Below are positions 10,301 to 20,059 of a DNA stretch of 64,000 nucleotides, piece by piece; the first letter of the stretch is position 1, and each line of letters starts with the position of its first letter. Below the pieces are notes generated by a model. It was not told the origin of the DNA. It ran no database searches and saw only the letters and a list, made by a program, of their open reading frames with translations. Made by a program: the position numbers and the translations under genes. Source of the DNA: Candidatus Heimdallarchaeota archaeon (lineage in GTDB: Archaea; Asgardarchaeota; Heimdallarchaeia; Heimdallarchaeales; Heimdallarchaeaceae); assembly GCA_018238545.1 (NCBI GenBank), contig JABCTC010000003.1, positions 32,001 through 96,000 on the forward strand, written 5' to 3'.

Positions 10301-13300
10301 ATGAAGAAAAAAGATATTGAGAAAGCAAAGAAAGAACTTGGTACACCTTTACAGAATTGGGTTGATCATGATGAAATTCTCAAGAAATGTGGTATAGTAG
10401 TTTTAGAAGAATTATTCTTCAATGACGCCTCTGAATATAATCTCACAACTGAAGAAAGTAAGAAATATACTGAAAATATCATTTTCCTCCGTACGCCATT
10501 AGTTTTTGTGTTACCTGAATTAAGAAGTTCTTCTTATCTTCTTACTGAAATTGGCATCAATAATATTGGTCGTTTTTTGATATGGTCTAATACTGAACTT
10601 TCAGATATCCTTTATCTATCTGTCAATGAAATAAAAGCTCTAAAGAAGAAAATTGCCTTTCAAAAACAAATTCAATCAAAAGAAGAACTGAAGAAAGATT
10701 TAGTACTTTTTTCAAGGCACTATCCCAATTTAGTGAAATATTTTGGTAATGAAACACCATCGATTCAGGATTTGTATTATGCTTACCAATCAGAGAATTT
10801 CTCGCTTAATACAGGTTTTTGGAAGAAATTATACAAATTGAGTGAACTATCTCAACAAGAAGCTGTTGATTTAGTACATCTTTATCCAAAGAACTTCAAA
10901 GATATAGAGACGGTGAAAGATGCTCTTCTACGCTTGAAATCGAGGAATGTTGAAACTATACGTCAATTCATGGAATTACAACCAGAGATAATTGAATCAA
11001 AATTGAGTAACTCAAAGGAAAGAAAAGTTGCATTAGATCTTTATGATAAAATACTATTCAGAAGATTTGAAGGAGAACAGGAACTTCATAAACAAATACT
11101 TCTTCTTAGTGAGTATGATGAACTTCAAAGAAATTTTGGATCTCCTATCTCTAGAATCCCTGAACTTACTCTAGAGGAATTGGAAAAATTCCGAAGCCAC
11201 GATATACTAGCTGTTCATCAAATATTCGATTATACAGTTGATGAAATTGCTACTTTGCTTGGTCGTGACAAAGGCTCGGTTCAACACTTCATGGAAAGCT
11301 TTACACTCTTACGGAAAGGAACACCGTTTTTTGAGAAAGCAGATAGAAACAGATACAAATCACTTGTTTCCTTTGAATTTGAGGATTTAGAACGATTTTC
11401 TTCCATAGAGATTCAATCCCTTATTCAAGCTGGCTATGCTTCAGTTGACCAGATTTTTTACCTCACACACCCACTTACTTTTTCCTCTTCCATTCTAAAT
11501 TGGAATGTTGTAGACAAATTTAGAAAATTATTACGATCTCCACTTACATTGGTTACATGGGAAAAATCAGTTAAGTTAAAATCTTTTGATGAGGTTAAAA
11601 ATAAAGAAGTTGAGGTTGTGGATATTCAGATTTCTACATTAACTACTTCACAATTAACCGTTTTGCAGAATCAAGGCATTTCAAGAATCATCGATCTTCT
11701 TGTAAGTGAACCAGAAACGCTTTCAGAATCTCTTAACATCAGTTTGGATGAAGCTAAGATGCTTCAGAAAGATATCAGAATTATTGATACTGGAACTGAT
11801 TTAGCAGATTTAGACATCTTCAAATCAGAAATTGTTGATCAATTAGAAGAAAACAACATCTTAACTCTTGAGGATTTATATTTCTCAACTACGAAGAGTA
11901 AATGGCGAGTTAAGGAAGTTCCATGGGATATCATTATGTCATTCAAAAGTGTCCTCAACCTCCCCCTTGCACATTTGTCAGATATGTTGGATGAAGATAT
12001 TATAGTTGCATTAGAGGGCGCAAATGTTAAAACTCTATTAGGATTTATTCTTACAACTCCTGAAAGTTTAATGAATAAAACTGGTATACCTGATGAAAGA
12101 TTCGAAACAATAAAACGCGGATTGGATATCTCCGATATATTCAGTTATTTCTCACTTCCAAGTTATTTTCTTCCAAATTTAACCTTCCAGCAAACCGAAA
12201 TTCTACAAGAAAATGGCATTAAATCGGTTGCAGAATTTGTAAATAGCTCTCCACAGAAAATTAACAAACTAATCAAAGTAACTGCAAAGCAGTTTCGAGA
12301 AATCACTACGGCTTTAACCACTCAAAACCTCCAAGCTCTTTACGATGAGAAAGGTATCTTTGCTTTTGAAACAAAGCTCTTCGATAAAATGGAACAACGG
12401 CAATTGGGCAGAGATTCAATATTTGAATTTGATAGGTTTCAAACTATCCAAGAAATATACTATACGTTGAATAGAGATTTCTATTCAAATAATCAAAACC
12501 TGTGGGGAAAGGTCTCGGCAATCCAGAAAGTATTATTACTTCCTCTGCACATATTCACCGAAATTTCTGAATATGCTCTTGAGATTATGAGTCAAAACAG
12601 TATTGATTTTGTTTATCAGCTACTCTTTATTCTTGATGCAGATATTACTGATCCCTTATTATTCAGAACTGTATCAACTTATTCTTCAAAAATAATTGAG
12701 ATGAGAGCATTTCATTACTTTTCTAAGCTCCCTGCTTCTGTTTATAACTCAAGTTATTTCAAAAAAATATTGAAGGATACTGACAACAAATCTCTATCTG
12801 ATGTTATTACTGATGAGAAGATTATCAAAGATTTATCTGCTAAGGATAAACAATACCTATATGAAAATTATAACTTAACTCTCATTCGATCAATTCTAGA
12901 ATTACCTCTAAGGATTACTCCTTACTTTACAAGAATAAAGAAAGTTAGAAGAGAAGAATATAAAAATACAAAAATCGGAGATGTTTTTGATATTGATTTA
13001 GAGGAGCACTCTGCTCTGTCTTCTTTTTACTCTAGATTACTTGAAGAAAATTCTTTCAACAAATTAATCTCACAATTAACTATCCCTATATCTTCAATGG
13101 GATTACCTCGCGAACTTGCATTGAAGCTAAGCAAATCCTCTATAGGTACGTTATTAGCTTTCTATTCTACTCCTGAGAAACAAGTTTCTGAAATCTCTGG
13201 TTTCTCACAGAAGAATATTCGAGAAATAAAAGATGAATTAAAATATTCCAACATTGTTTCTATCCGAGTTTCACAAGCTCATAAAATTAAACCCTCTTCC

Positions 13301-16300
13301 TTTGCATCAGAAAAACAAATTTTTGACCTTATGGGGAGATCGATATCGGATATTGAGTCTCTCTTCTACTCCGCAGAACATTTAGGAATCTCAAAATGCC
13401 TTCCCATTGAAAATTATAAGAAAATCAAGGAAATTCTATCAGGATCTATAAGATTCATAGGATTTCTTTCATTTGATGAAATAAGGCGGTTGGAGTATCA
13501 TAATATTAATTCAATAATAGATTTTGCTCTACTCTCGAAAAAAGAACTTTTCACTATTACACAGAATCCAATTTACAAGGAATTTCATGTTCTAGATCTG
13601 ATTTCTTTTGATGAATTATCAGAAAAAAGGATTCAAGCTGCTATACCCCTCTCTCTGTGTCCCTCGATAGAAGAAGACTATTTAGATAAAATCAAAGAAA
13701 TAGGAATCAACTCTATTCAAGATTTTATCTCTAGAATGCCAGAAATTAGAGAATCTCATCCTCATTTAGTGAAATTAGATATCTTCCGCGAAGTGCAAAT
13801 GTATCTGTCCTCTGTTGCTTATATCGGACTTCCAAATGAAAGCGTTCAAAAACTGATTTACTCAGGTGTTGGCGATATTTTATCTTTCATTACTGAAGAT
13901 CCTTCAACTATCTCTCTGATTCTTGGAATAAGTGAGAAACAAGTTGAGAAATATAGCAAACTTGCTGTTCCAAGTAATTTGGTCACAGAAGTCGACAACA
14001 AAGGTGTTCTTCTCACTGAATTTTCAGCGTTATCTAAAGGAAGAAGAAATTCCTTACTTAAATCTGGTAAAGAAACAGTTCAAGATCTATTTAGTTCCCG
14101 TTATCAAGCATATTCTCAATCTAACATCTCTGATGTGTTAATGAGCGAATTTATTGAAAGTTGTAATGTGTCTTTATACAGAATTGAAGAAATTGAACCA
14201 GAAATTAAAGCTAAACTTTCAAAGAGTGAAATAACTAGGATTATTGACTTATTATGTAGTACTGATGCAGAACTAAAGAAAGCTCTTGATGGTAAACTCC
14301 CAAAAGAGTTTAAGCAAATTAGAAAAGGTCAGTTTACTTTAACAAAAGGCATTCCACTAATTTTGAATGAACCTTTGCAGGATATTATTAGAGAACTTAA
14401 TATCGAACCTTCCAACAAAAAAGTTGAGGACATGTTTGGTTTTGTACCCGAATTTCTACTTCAATTTACAGAATCTGAAAGGATTGAAAAAGACAAGAAT
14501 TTGGCTTTTCTTGAACAGATAGTTAGTTTCTTGAGTCTTAATATACTATCATTACCATTATTTAATACAACTACTAAACTAATTCTTTGGAACCGTGGAA
14601 TCCGACATGTTATAGAACTTTTATCTACTAATATGAACACAATTGATGGTATCCCATTTCAAGTAATATCAGAGGTTCGCTCTTTCCAGAAAGAATTTAG
14701 TTTAACTAGAAGCATGTCAGAGACATTGTCACCATACATTGATGATGTACTCATCTTGCCTGCAAAGAAGCAAGCTAAATTCCAGAATTATGGTCTCACT
14801 AATGCATTGTTATTTGTTGATTTTATACCTCATCCTATATTCAGTTTCACAGCAAGTGAGCAATCTATTCTCAGGATTGTTTCAAATAACATGTTCAAAC
14901 CTATAGCCTGGTTATCTTCAGATATGTCATTTAAGATAGAAGATATGAATTTACTTATTCAAAATAGAGCAATAAATATCCTTTCAGCTCTTCTTTTGTT
15001 ATCTGATCAAAATGATACTAAAGTTCTAGAAACTTTATCTAATAAATACTACAAATCGATTTCTACTTACCTAAATTCATCAATCTTACAATTTAGTGCT
15101 CCTGAATGGGCCTTGCAATTAACAGATACAAAGATAATAACTGATTCTAACAGTTTGAAGATACTAAAGAAAGATAATATCTCTTATCTTGATGAATTTT
15201 TAACACTAGAAAGCAAGTTCTTGAATAACCCTAATCTTGTAGCAGAGATTTTGCCAAAATTACTCTCCCTAAAGAGTCTCCCTATTTCCTCTATCAGTGA
15301 TCTATCACCCAGTAACATTCAAAAATTAAAACGTTCAAGAATAAATAATGTTTATGAGTTTCTTGTTTTTCCAGCTCCGTTGCTTTCAAATCTTCTGTCG
15401 ATTTCTGTTGAGAATGTTAACGCAATTAAATCTTCAATTGATCTTTCATCATTGGAAAAAACAGCTAAGCTTACAGGTTTAGATCTAGAGCTCTTCCCAG
15501 AACTTTCCCAAGATTCTAGAACAATTCTTCAAAGAAGAGGTTGCGTATCTCTGAATCAAGCATCAAAAATGGATCTAGACTTGATTCCACTTCTTTCAGA
15601 AGATAAAGCGATTCTACAAAATCTAATAGCTATGTTGTTTACTCCTACTACATTAATTGGAAAAATACTTAAATTAACAAAAAATGAAATTGATGAATTA
15701 TTGGTTCAGAACGTATGTACCTATGCAGACCTGTTGGAGCTTCCTCAAAAAACATGGCCAGCAAAAATAAGGAAGAGTCTTTCTGATAAGGATTCTGATC
15801 CAACATACCTTATCAAGAATCTACAGAACCTTGAGAAATTCGGAGTACCTATAGAAAAGTTAGATTTAGCGAAAAGTGTAACTAAATCTTTGGTAGAAGC
15901 AGGAATTGTGACAATTGATCATCTATACTATCTACCCATAGCCTATGTAAGTGCAAGAAGTAAAGTTAAACAGCATATTCTTGAAGAAATAAAGAAGAAA
16001 TTATCATATAATATTAATTTCCTTCAAGATATCTCACTTACAACTTTATCTGTTTGCTATTCAAAAGATTCATTCACGATAATTAGTTGCTTGATTTATT
16101 GGAATGGTTTATCGAAAGATGTAAGAACAGACTTAGAAGGTTCTTTAGACAGTATCAAATTAATTGAAGAAACAAGTTTTATAGAACCACTGACTCCAAC
16201 GGAAACAAAGTTAAAATCAATAGGTATTTTCTCCTTAAGATCATTCATTTTATCTCCTCAGATTAAGAAAGAAGCAGGCTTAACAACCAAACTTTTACCA

Positions 16301-19300
16301 TCTCTATTAGCAAATATTCGTTTCTTAAATCTAGATCCAAAGCAGAGTTATCGCTTGAAGAAAACAGGTTTTACAACTGTTGCTGACTTGCTTCTAAATA
16401 CATCAAAAACTATATCTGTTAAGTCTAAATTGGGCAAGAACGCAATTGATGAAGTTATCAATAACATAAAAATTGATAACCTAACCAGTTTGATTAAATC
16501 GATGGAACGAGAGCATTTACATGATGCATTTTATCTGAATTCTAACGATAAAGCATTCTTGAAATCAATAGGTGTTTATAGTTTAGCAGACTTAAACGAG
16601 TATACTGTTTTTGATTGGTTTGTTTCAAAACAAAAAATACAGAAAATCAAAAAGAAAATTAATTCCTTATTAGATACTAACATTTTGTACTATCCAGGAA
16701 TCACATCTAAGCAGTATGCAGAAGTTGTTGAACAATTCTTCATGAAGGATATATTTACAATCAAAGATCTGATGATATCAACAACAGTTGAGCAGTCAAG
16801 TGATTTAATTGAATTTTTAACCATTTTCTCTACTAACAAACCTAAAATCCAATCCCAGTATTTAACTTCTCTATCATTCTTAAAAGGGATTGAAGCCAAA
16901 GACTTGTTTAAGATTGACGTAAAAATGGAAAAATCTGCAACAATTAATGATCTTATTATAGCATTATACAAAAATTCAGCAGAATTGACCAAAAAGGGTG
17001 ATGATGTTCTTAAGCAAATCAGCTACCCCATTTCTATTTCATCGAAACTCAATCTCGATGAAGTAAATATTTTACTTAGTAAAAATATCCTCTCTTATGG
17101 AGATGTGCTTACCAAACCATCAGGTTATTGGGTAGCATTTACTCCAGTGAAACTAAAGAAGAAACTTCTTGAAATTCTTAGTACAATAACATCGAAAACT
17201 ATTAGCAATGATAGTAGTAAGGGCGTTCAATTAAGTAACATGAAAATATTTGATGCAAACCTCAAGAAACAGCTTACATCAAATTTTAAAACACTCGATG
17301 AAGTTGCTCATGCAATAAGAATAGGTGATTCTCGGATCTTAAAACCATTAGAGAGGAAAATCACTAAGGTTCTCTCTACTCCTATTTCTCTCCTTAAACT
17401 GCCAAAAATCAGCATCAAATCTTGGAAACGACTGTTATCTACAGCATCTACATTAGAAGAATTTTACTTATTAACAGATCAAGAACTTGTCAAAATATTT
17501 TCTTCTACCAAAGAAGAAATCGTAAAATTAAAAAATAATCTTGGTCCTGATAATATCGTCCTACCTCCAAGGATAAAGGAAAATAAAATCTTTACTAGTT
17601 CTGATGTTAAAGAATTGAGTGATAATAGTATTTCAAATTACATACAAATATTTGATAAATCTGCAGAAAAAGCAGATCTCAGCACTTCCTTAAAAGATAA
17701 AATTGCTTTCTACAAAGAGTTTGATGTTAAGCAACTAGATGAAAACTTAGAAGAAACTATACTCTTGAAAGATTTTGTAATTCTTGAATCTTATGCAGAT
17801 TCTCTAGAATTAAGTAGAAAACAAAAAGAATCTGTAAAGAACCTTTCTTCCTTGCTTCTATCTCGTGGTACATATTTGTCAAAGATTTTTGATATAGATT
17901 CTAATAAAGACAAAAGTGGTTTGCTCAATACAACTATAGAGTATTTCCTCTTAATTGAGAAATATCAACCTAAAATATACTCGAAAATTATTGAATCTTT
18001 ACCGGGAAATATCTCTTCACAATTCAACTCTTTACTGTCTTATCTCAATCGATCACCAATTCTCCTTTCAGGACCAAATCTAAAAAATATCAATAAAATA
18101 GTTAAACTTCCTTATGAAAATGTAAAGGACTTGCTATTATTGTCCAAGGAGAAACTTGTTCAAGAAATAGATGACACTGCAGTTCAAAGAAATATTAGAG
18201 GATTGACATTATCTATTTTGAAGAGTCTTAATTCCAAACTGACCTCTATTCCAAAAGAATTTTTGACAGCTTACGAGTTAAATCAGTTAAAGAAAGAGAA
18301 TATTTATTCCTTTGAGGAAGCTTTGGTTTTCAATAGAAAATCAACTAGTAAGAAGTCTAAGACTTGGTTACTCTCTGAGAAAGTAAGAAAAATTTCCACT
18401 ATCAACACACTCTCACTTTCTTCGTATCTCCCCTCATCTAAAATACAAGAAAGACTACTAAAACTTAAGATATCCAATGTTTATGAGCTGGTTTATTATT
18501 GCCAGAATACAGAAAAAGAAGAAGATCTGAGTCTTTGTCAAACTGTAATTCAATCTGTAAGTTCCATTAACATTGAGGAAATTGAAATAAAAGAGAGAAA
18601 AAGATTTGCTAAATTCTTTAATGACCCTGATATTCTTTCTTATTTGCGAAGCCAAGATATCAGAACTTTTGGACCTTTAGTACACTATCTAGAGCAATTA
18701 GAGGATGAAACTATTACACCTGAAATTGAGAAAATCTTATCCGTTATGCGTTTTCCAATTTCTGTTCTATCAGAAAATAAGAAACTTGTACAAAAATTAG
18801 AAAGTGAAGGTTATAACCAAGTAATTGATCTTCTTCTTCCTGCAAAAATTCAAAACAGTTTGAAAAGCAATATTACAGAGAATCAGCGGAAAGTTCTTGC
18901 GTCTTTAATCAACATGTTTTATCAAGAAATATACCAAACAATCCTAAAAAATCATTATCCAGTTTCAAAACTTACTTTGATCGATGATATTTTACAAAAA
19001 GAATTAATAAAAGCTGGATATGCAACAGTAGCTCATCTCAAATCACCTGATATAATTATTGCTGATACAAGCAAATTAAATCTGCAACAAATTTCACGTA
19101 TTGTGAGACTGTTTGATGCTTCTACCTACTACTTGTCTGAAATGCTCAAAGACTATCCACAAAGTGCTTTTGTTTTGTATAGCAATGGAATTAACACACT
19201 ATGGGACATTTTCCTTACAGGAAGTAAGGAAATATCCAAGATTACAGGTATATCTGTTCGTCAAGTAAATTCCTACTTATCAACTATCAATCCTCAAGCT

Positions 19301-20059
19301 ATGAAACTTTCGCAGAAAGATCAAATTATTCTGAAAGAAACACTTACCTACTTAACAACCGATGATGTGGGACGATTGGAACAAGATAACATCACATCTA
19401 TCCAACAATTATTGTTCCTAACAAAGGAAAACAAAACCAGTTCTTCACTCCAACGAAGTAATGTAAAGAAATTCATTCAATTACTTAGTATGCCTTTAAG
19501 TACAATAGACATACAAGAAACAGTTATTAAACAGCTGGAAGTACTCGGCATTAAATTAGTAAAAGATTTTGTTGTTTATCCAGCAGAACCTATGGCTGGC
19601 AAAGTAGACATAAGTTATGTAATGATAAAAAGAATTAAGGGAAGACTTCCTTTGGTTACAAAAAAGAAAGTAAAACAAACTGCCAAAACTTCGACCTTAA
19701 AGAAACCAACAGCTAAAAAATCTGCTACAACTAAGGGAGCTACTCCCGCTAAAAAGCGTTCTTCAACAAAGTCTAAGACCACAAAGAAAACTATAGCTCC
19801 GAAGAAATCAGCAAAAACTCAACAAAAAGCTAAACCAAAGGCTAAACCAAAGGCTAAACCAAAGGCTAAACCAAAGGCTAAACCAAAGGCTAAACCAAAG
19901 GCTAAACCAAAGGCTAAACCAAAGGCTAAACCAAAACCGAAATCCACTAAACAAATGACTTTGATGGATATTAAACCTACTTCCACAAAGAAACCATCTT
20001 CAACTTCAAAAACGAGAAAAAGCTCAAAATCCACTACTAAAAAAGGTGAAAAATCATGA
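7355..20059 (+). CDS. top6B: Giant DNA topoisomerase VI subunit B: GHKL-H2TH-transducer core (~aa 1-540) + ~3500 aa tandem HhH/RadA-NTD-like repeats + Lys/Ala/Pro-rich tail
   Basis: RELVENGLDA, DNGVGV, QTRGRFGLGAK, RYANRIPL, VSTKIPFPETSKE motifs. Upstream GAGGT SD. Directly upstream of and overlapping top6A. One continuous 12.7-kb ORF. Confidence 0.93.
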   Translation: MSDDTRAKKMSAAAFFNDNKAIAGFGNSMRAVFTSIRELVENGLDAAEIRGVNPVISVDLRKLSSREINDLLDVTQYKKLEKHLDFLQLTCRDNGVGVPSNQIADLFGRVLTGTKYGVIQTRGRFGLGAKMCLLHSMSSVDLPARIKSRYFMDDMTHELHLMIDLERNQPIVMEQREYLSGDPNALEEPGVEISITFTGAWRLAKNSVKEYFRQLAIITPYASFDIKVPGDKEGEYEELHYVNVVDDMPSPPQHVKIHPWGCDITQFKSELSSTKAKKMKKFLAEHFMGVTEEIAEDFFQLLEIDPNKSPSNITSKEIRRIVHEGFVKAYQEAKDVKRKRDRIFQFDPPRGDALSPLGAGRLRKGLEKELQPKFVEAVTRPPKAYSGHPFAIEATMGYGGGVNEAAQAKGTTVHDNKIIYRYANRIPLIFGAGNDVITQVVSSIRWNDYGLTRQSDPLAIAVSLVSTKIPFPETSKEYISNVPEIEEEIRLALMQLGRRLKTFLSRAKRRKREHARLSRFVKSAPVIIENLTQILEDENLKFTDFRLETDRISAALAHGTPRKVRLYMPIGKRLFGANIWCPNNIQTTLKNNNVESVAEFLLKDSKELVTILQLTESQVYDIKLRTISELDRDNLSPNFDTKTLVSRLVERRFSSEGERKFISLKDALFRRWIQNVYHYLATDFEKLRNVSGMLEKFFETKKDELLNDYLAKGAKTSKNTILTIDKAIATYAKASDLKKEQLYPPFKYLKSETDNVLGEDLSIEEFLYQTVQPTSINYHPEITRTLIEYLKIVFTHIKNKFPAFATTSITKMQPDWTDGYTKNAFHRRKIKTVGDFLNHSTDDLIDIKELERIMYEQYIELITLNTKSVPLNDFSFVEIQQLKEEENRIKRVLAKHGIKTLAQFLSYPSESILLKKFDTLSALLLKESKFKLFTNLHDTNRIINQSYIKVIPKNVETELVKNQIFTTSTFLAKSSVILKKMGMKKKDIEKAKKELGTPLQNWVDHDEILKKCGIVVLEELFFNDASEYNLTTEESKKYTENIIFLRTPLVFVLPELRSSSYLLTEIGINNIGRFLIWSNTELSDILYLSVNEIKALKKKIAFQKQIQSKEELKKDLVLFSRHYPNLVKYFGNETPSIQDLYYAYQSENFSLNTGFWKKLYKLSELSQQEAVDLVHLYPKNFKDIETVKDALLRLKSRNVETIRQFMELQPEIIESKLSNSKERKVALDLYDKILFRRFEGEQELHKQILLLSEYDELQRNFGSPISRIPELTLEELEKFRSHDILAVHQIFDYTVDEIATLLGRDKGSVQHFMESFTLLRKGTPFFEKADRNRYKSLVSFEFEDLERFSSIEIQSLIQAGYASVDQIFYLTHPLTFSSSILNWNVVDKFRKLLRSPLTLVTWEKSVKLKSFDEVKNKEVEVVDIQISTLTTSQLTVLQNQGISRIIDLLVSEPETLSESLNISLDEAKMLQKDIRIIDTGTDLADLDIFKSEIVDQLEENNILTLEDLYFSTTKSKWRVKEVPWDIIMSFKSVLNLPLAHLSDMLDEDIIVALEGANVKTLLGFILTTPESLMNKTGIPDERFETIKRGLDISDIFSYFSLPSYFLPNLTFQQTEILQENGIKSVAEFVNSSPQKINKLIKVTAKQFREITTALTTQNLQALYDEKGIFAFETKLFDKMEQRQLGRDSIFEFDRFQTIQEIYYTLNRDFYSNNQNLWGKVSAIQKVLLLPLHIFTEISEYALEIMSQNSIDFVYQLLFILDADITDPLLFRTVSTYSSKIIEMRAFHYFSKLPASVYNSSYFKKILKDTDNKSLSDVITDEKIIKDLSAKDKQYLYENYNLTLIRSILELPLRITPYFTRIKKVRREEYKNTKIGDVFDIDLEEHSALSSFYSRLLEENSFNKLISQLTIPISSMGLPRELALKLSKSSIGTLLAFYSTPEKQVSEISGFSQKNIREIKDELKYSNIVSIRVSQAHKIKPSSFASEKQIFDLMGRSISDIESLFYSAEHLGISKCLPIENYKKIKEILSGSIRFIGFLSFDEIRRLEYHNINSIIDFALLSKKELFTITQNPIYKEFHVLDLISFDELSEKRIQAAIPLSLCPSIEEDYLDKIKEIGINSIQDFISRMPEIRESHPHLVKLDIFREVQMYLSSVAYIGLPNESVQKLIYSGVGDILSFITEDPSTISLILGISEKQVEKYSKLAVPSNLVTEVDNKGVLLTEFSALSKGRRNSLLKSGKETVQDLFSSRYQAYSQSNISDVLMSEFIESCNVSLYRIEEIEPEIKAKLSKSEITRIIDLLCSTDAELKKALDGKLPKEFKQIRKGQFTLTKGIPLILNEPLQDIIRELNIEPSNKKVEDMFGFVPEFLLQFTESERIEKDKNLAFLEQIVSFLSLNILSLPLFNTTTKLILWNRGIRHVIELLSTNMNTIDGIPFQVISEVRSFQKEFSLTRSMSETLSPYIDDVLILPAKKQAKFQNYGLTNALLFVDFIPHPIFSFTASEQSILRIVSNNMFKPIAWLSSDMSFKIEDMNLLIQNRAINILSALLLLSDQNDTKVLETLSNKYYKSISTYLNSSILQFSAPEWALQLTDTKIITDSNSLKILKKDNISYLDEFLTLESKFLNNPNLVAEILPKLLSLKSLPISSISDLSPSNIQKLKRSRINNVYEFLVFPAPLLSNLLSISVENVNAIKSSIDLSSLEKTAKLTGLDLELFPELSQDSRTILQRRGCVSLNQASKMDLDLIPLLSEDKAILQNLIAMLFTPTTLIGKILKLTKNEIDELLVQNVCTYADLLELPQKTWPAKIRKSLSDKDSDPTYLIKNLQNLEKFGVPIEKLDLAKSVTKSLVEAGIVTIDHLYYLPIAYVSARSKVKQHILEEIKKKLSYNINFLQDISLTTLSVCYSKDSFTIISCLIYWNGLSKDVRTDLEGSLDSIKLIEETSFIEPLTPTETKLKSIGIFSLRSFILSPQIKKEAGLTTKLLPSLLANIRFLNLDPKQSYRLKKTGFTTVADLLLNTSKTISVKSKLGKNAIDEVINNIKIDNLTSLIKSMEREHLHDAFYLNSNDKAFLKSIGVYSLADLNEYTVFDWFVSKQKIQKIKKKINSLLDTNILYYPGITSKQYAEVVEQFFMKDIFTIKDLMISTTVEQSSDLIEFLTIFSTNKPKIQSQYLTSLSFLKGIEAKDLFKIDVKMEKSATINDLIIALYKNSAELTKKGDDVLKQISYPISISSKLNLDEVNILLSKNILSYGDVLTKPSGYWVAFTPVKLKKKLLEILSTITSKTISNDSSKGVQLSNMKIFDANLKKQLTSNFKTLDEVAHAIRIGDSRILKPLERKITKVLSTPISLLKLPKISIKSWKRLLSTASTLEEFYLLTDQELVKIFSSTKEEIVKLKNNLGPDNIVLPPRIKENKIFTSSDVKELSDNSISNYIQIFDKSAEKADLSTSLKDKIAFYKEFDVKQLDENLEETILLKDFVILESYADSLELSRKQKESVKNLSSLLLSRGTYLSKIFDIDSNKDKSGLLNTTIEYFLLIEKYQPKIYSKIIESLPGNISSQFNSLLSYLNRSPILLSGPNLKNINKIVKLPYENVKDLLLLSKEKLVQEIDDTAVQRNIRGLTLSILKSLNSKLTSIPKEFLTAYELNQLKKENIYSFEEALVFNRKSTSKKSKTWLLSEKVRKISTINTLSLSSYLPSSKIQERLLKLKISNVYELVYYCQNTEKEEDLSLCQTVIQSVSSINIEEIEIKERKRFAKFFNDPDILSYLRSQDIRTFGPLVHYLEQLEDETITPEIEKILSVMRFPISVLSENKKLVQKLESEGYNQVIDLLLPAKIQNSLKSNITENQRKVLASLINMFYQEIYQTILKNHYPVSKLTLIDDILQKELIKAGYATVAHLKSPDIIIADTSKLNLQQISRIVRLFDASTYYLSEMLKDYPQSAFVLYSNGINTLWDIFLTGSKEISKITGISVRQVNSYLSTINPQAMKLSQKDQIILKETLTYLTTDDVGRLEQDNITSIQQLLFLTKENKTSSSLQRSNVKKFIQLLSMPLSTIDIQETVIKQLEVLGIKLVKDFVVYPAEPMAGKVDISYVMIKRIKGRLPLVTKKKVKQTAKTSTLKKPTAKKSATTKGATPAKKRSSTKSKTTKKTIAPKKSAKTQQKAKPKAKPKAKPKAKPKAKPKAKPKAKPKAKPKAKPKPKSTKQMTLMDIKPTSTKKPSSTSKTRKSSKSTTKKGEKS
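9050..19650 (+). repeat. Degenerate protein-level tandem repeat (~55-60 aa helical units resembling RadA N-terminal/HhH domains)
   Basis: Recurring consensus 'P-I-x-x-L-x-x-L-[ST]-x5-L-x3-[GN]-I-x-[ST]-[IV]-x-[DE]-[LF]-L-x5-[EL]-x3-L-x-I-S' e.g. SPISRIPELTLEELEKFRSHDILAVHQIF, LPISSISDLSPSNIQKLKRSRINNVYEFL, MPLSTIDIQETVIKQLEVLGIKLVKDFV. Confidence 0.75.
19829..19936 (+). repeat. 12-bp tandem repeat GCTAAACCAAAG x9 encoding (AKPK)9
   Basis: Eight perfect units plus a final GCTAAACCAAAA, read directly. Confidence 0.97.

Noticed and set aside
19819-20034. Minus-strand (FGLA)n hydrophobic ORF, and similar ORFs at 39436-39770
   Set aside because: Antisense shadows of the AKPK minisatellites; stop-free only because of the repeat.
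7355-20059. Intein or nested mobile element explaining the length of top6B
   Set aside because: No HINT (C...HN) or LAGLIDADG motifs are seen. The extra length is C-terminal and repetitive at the protein level only.
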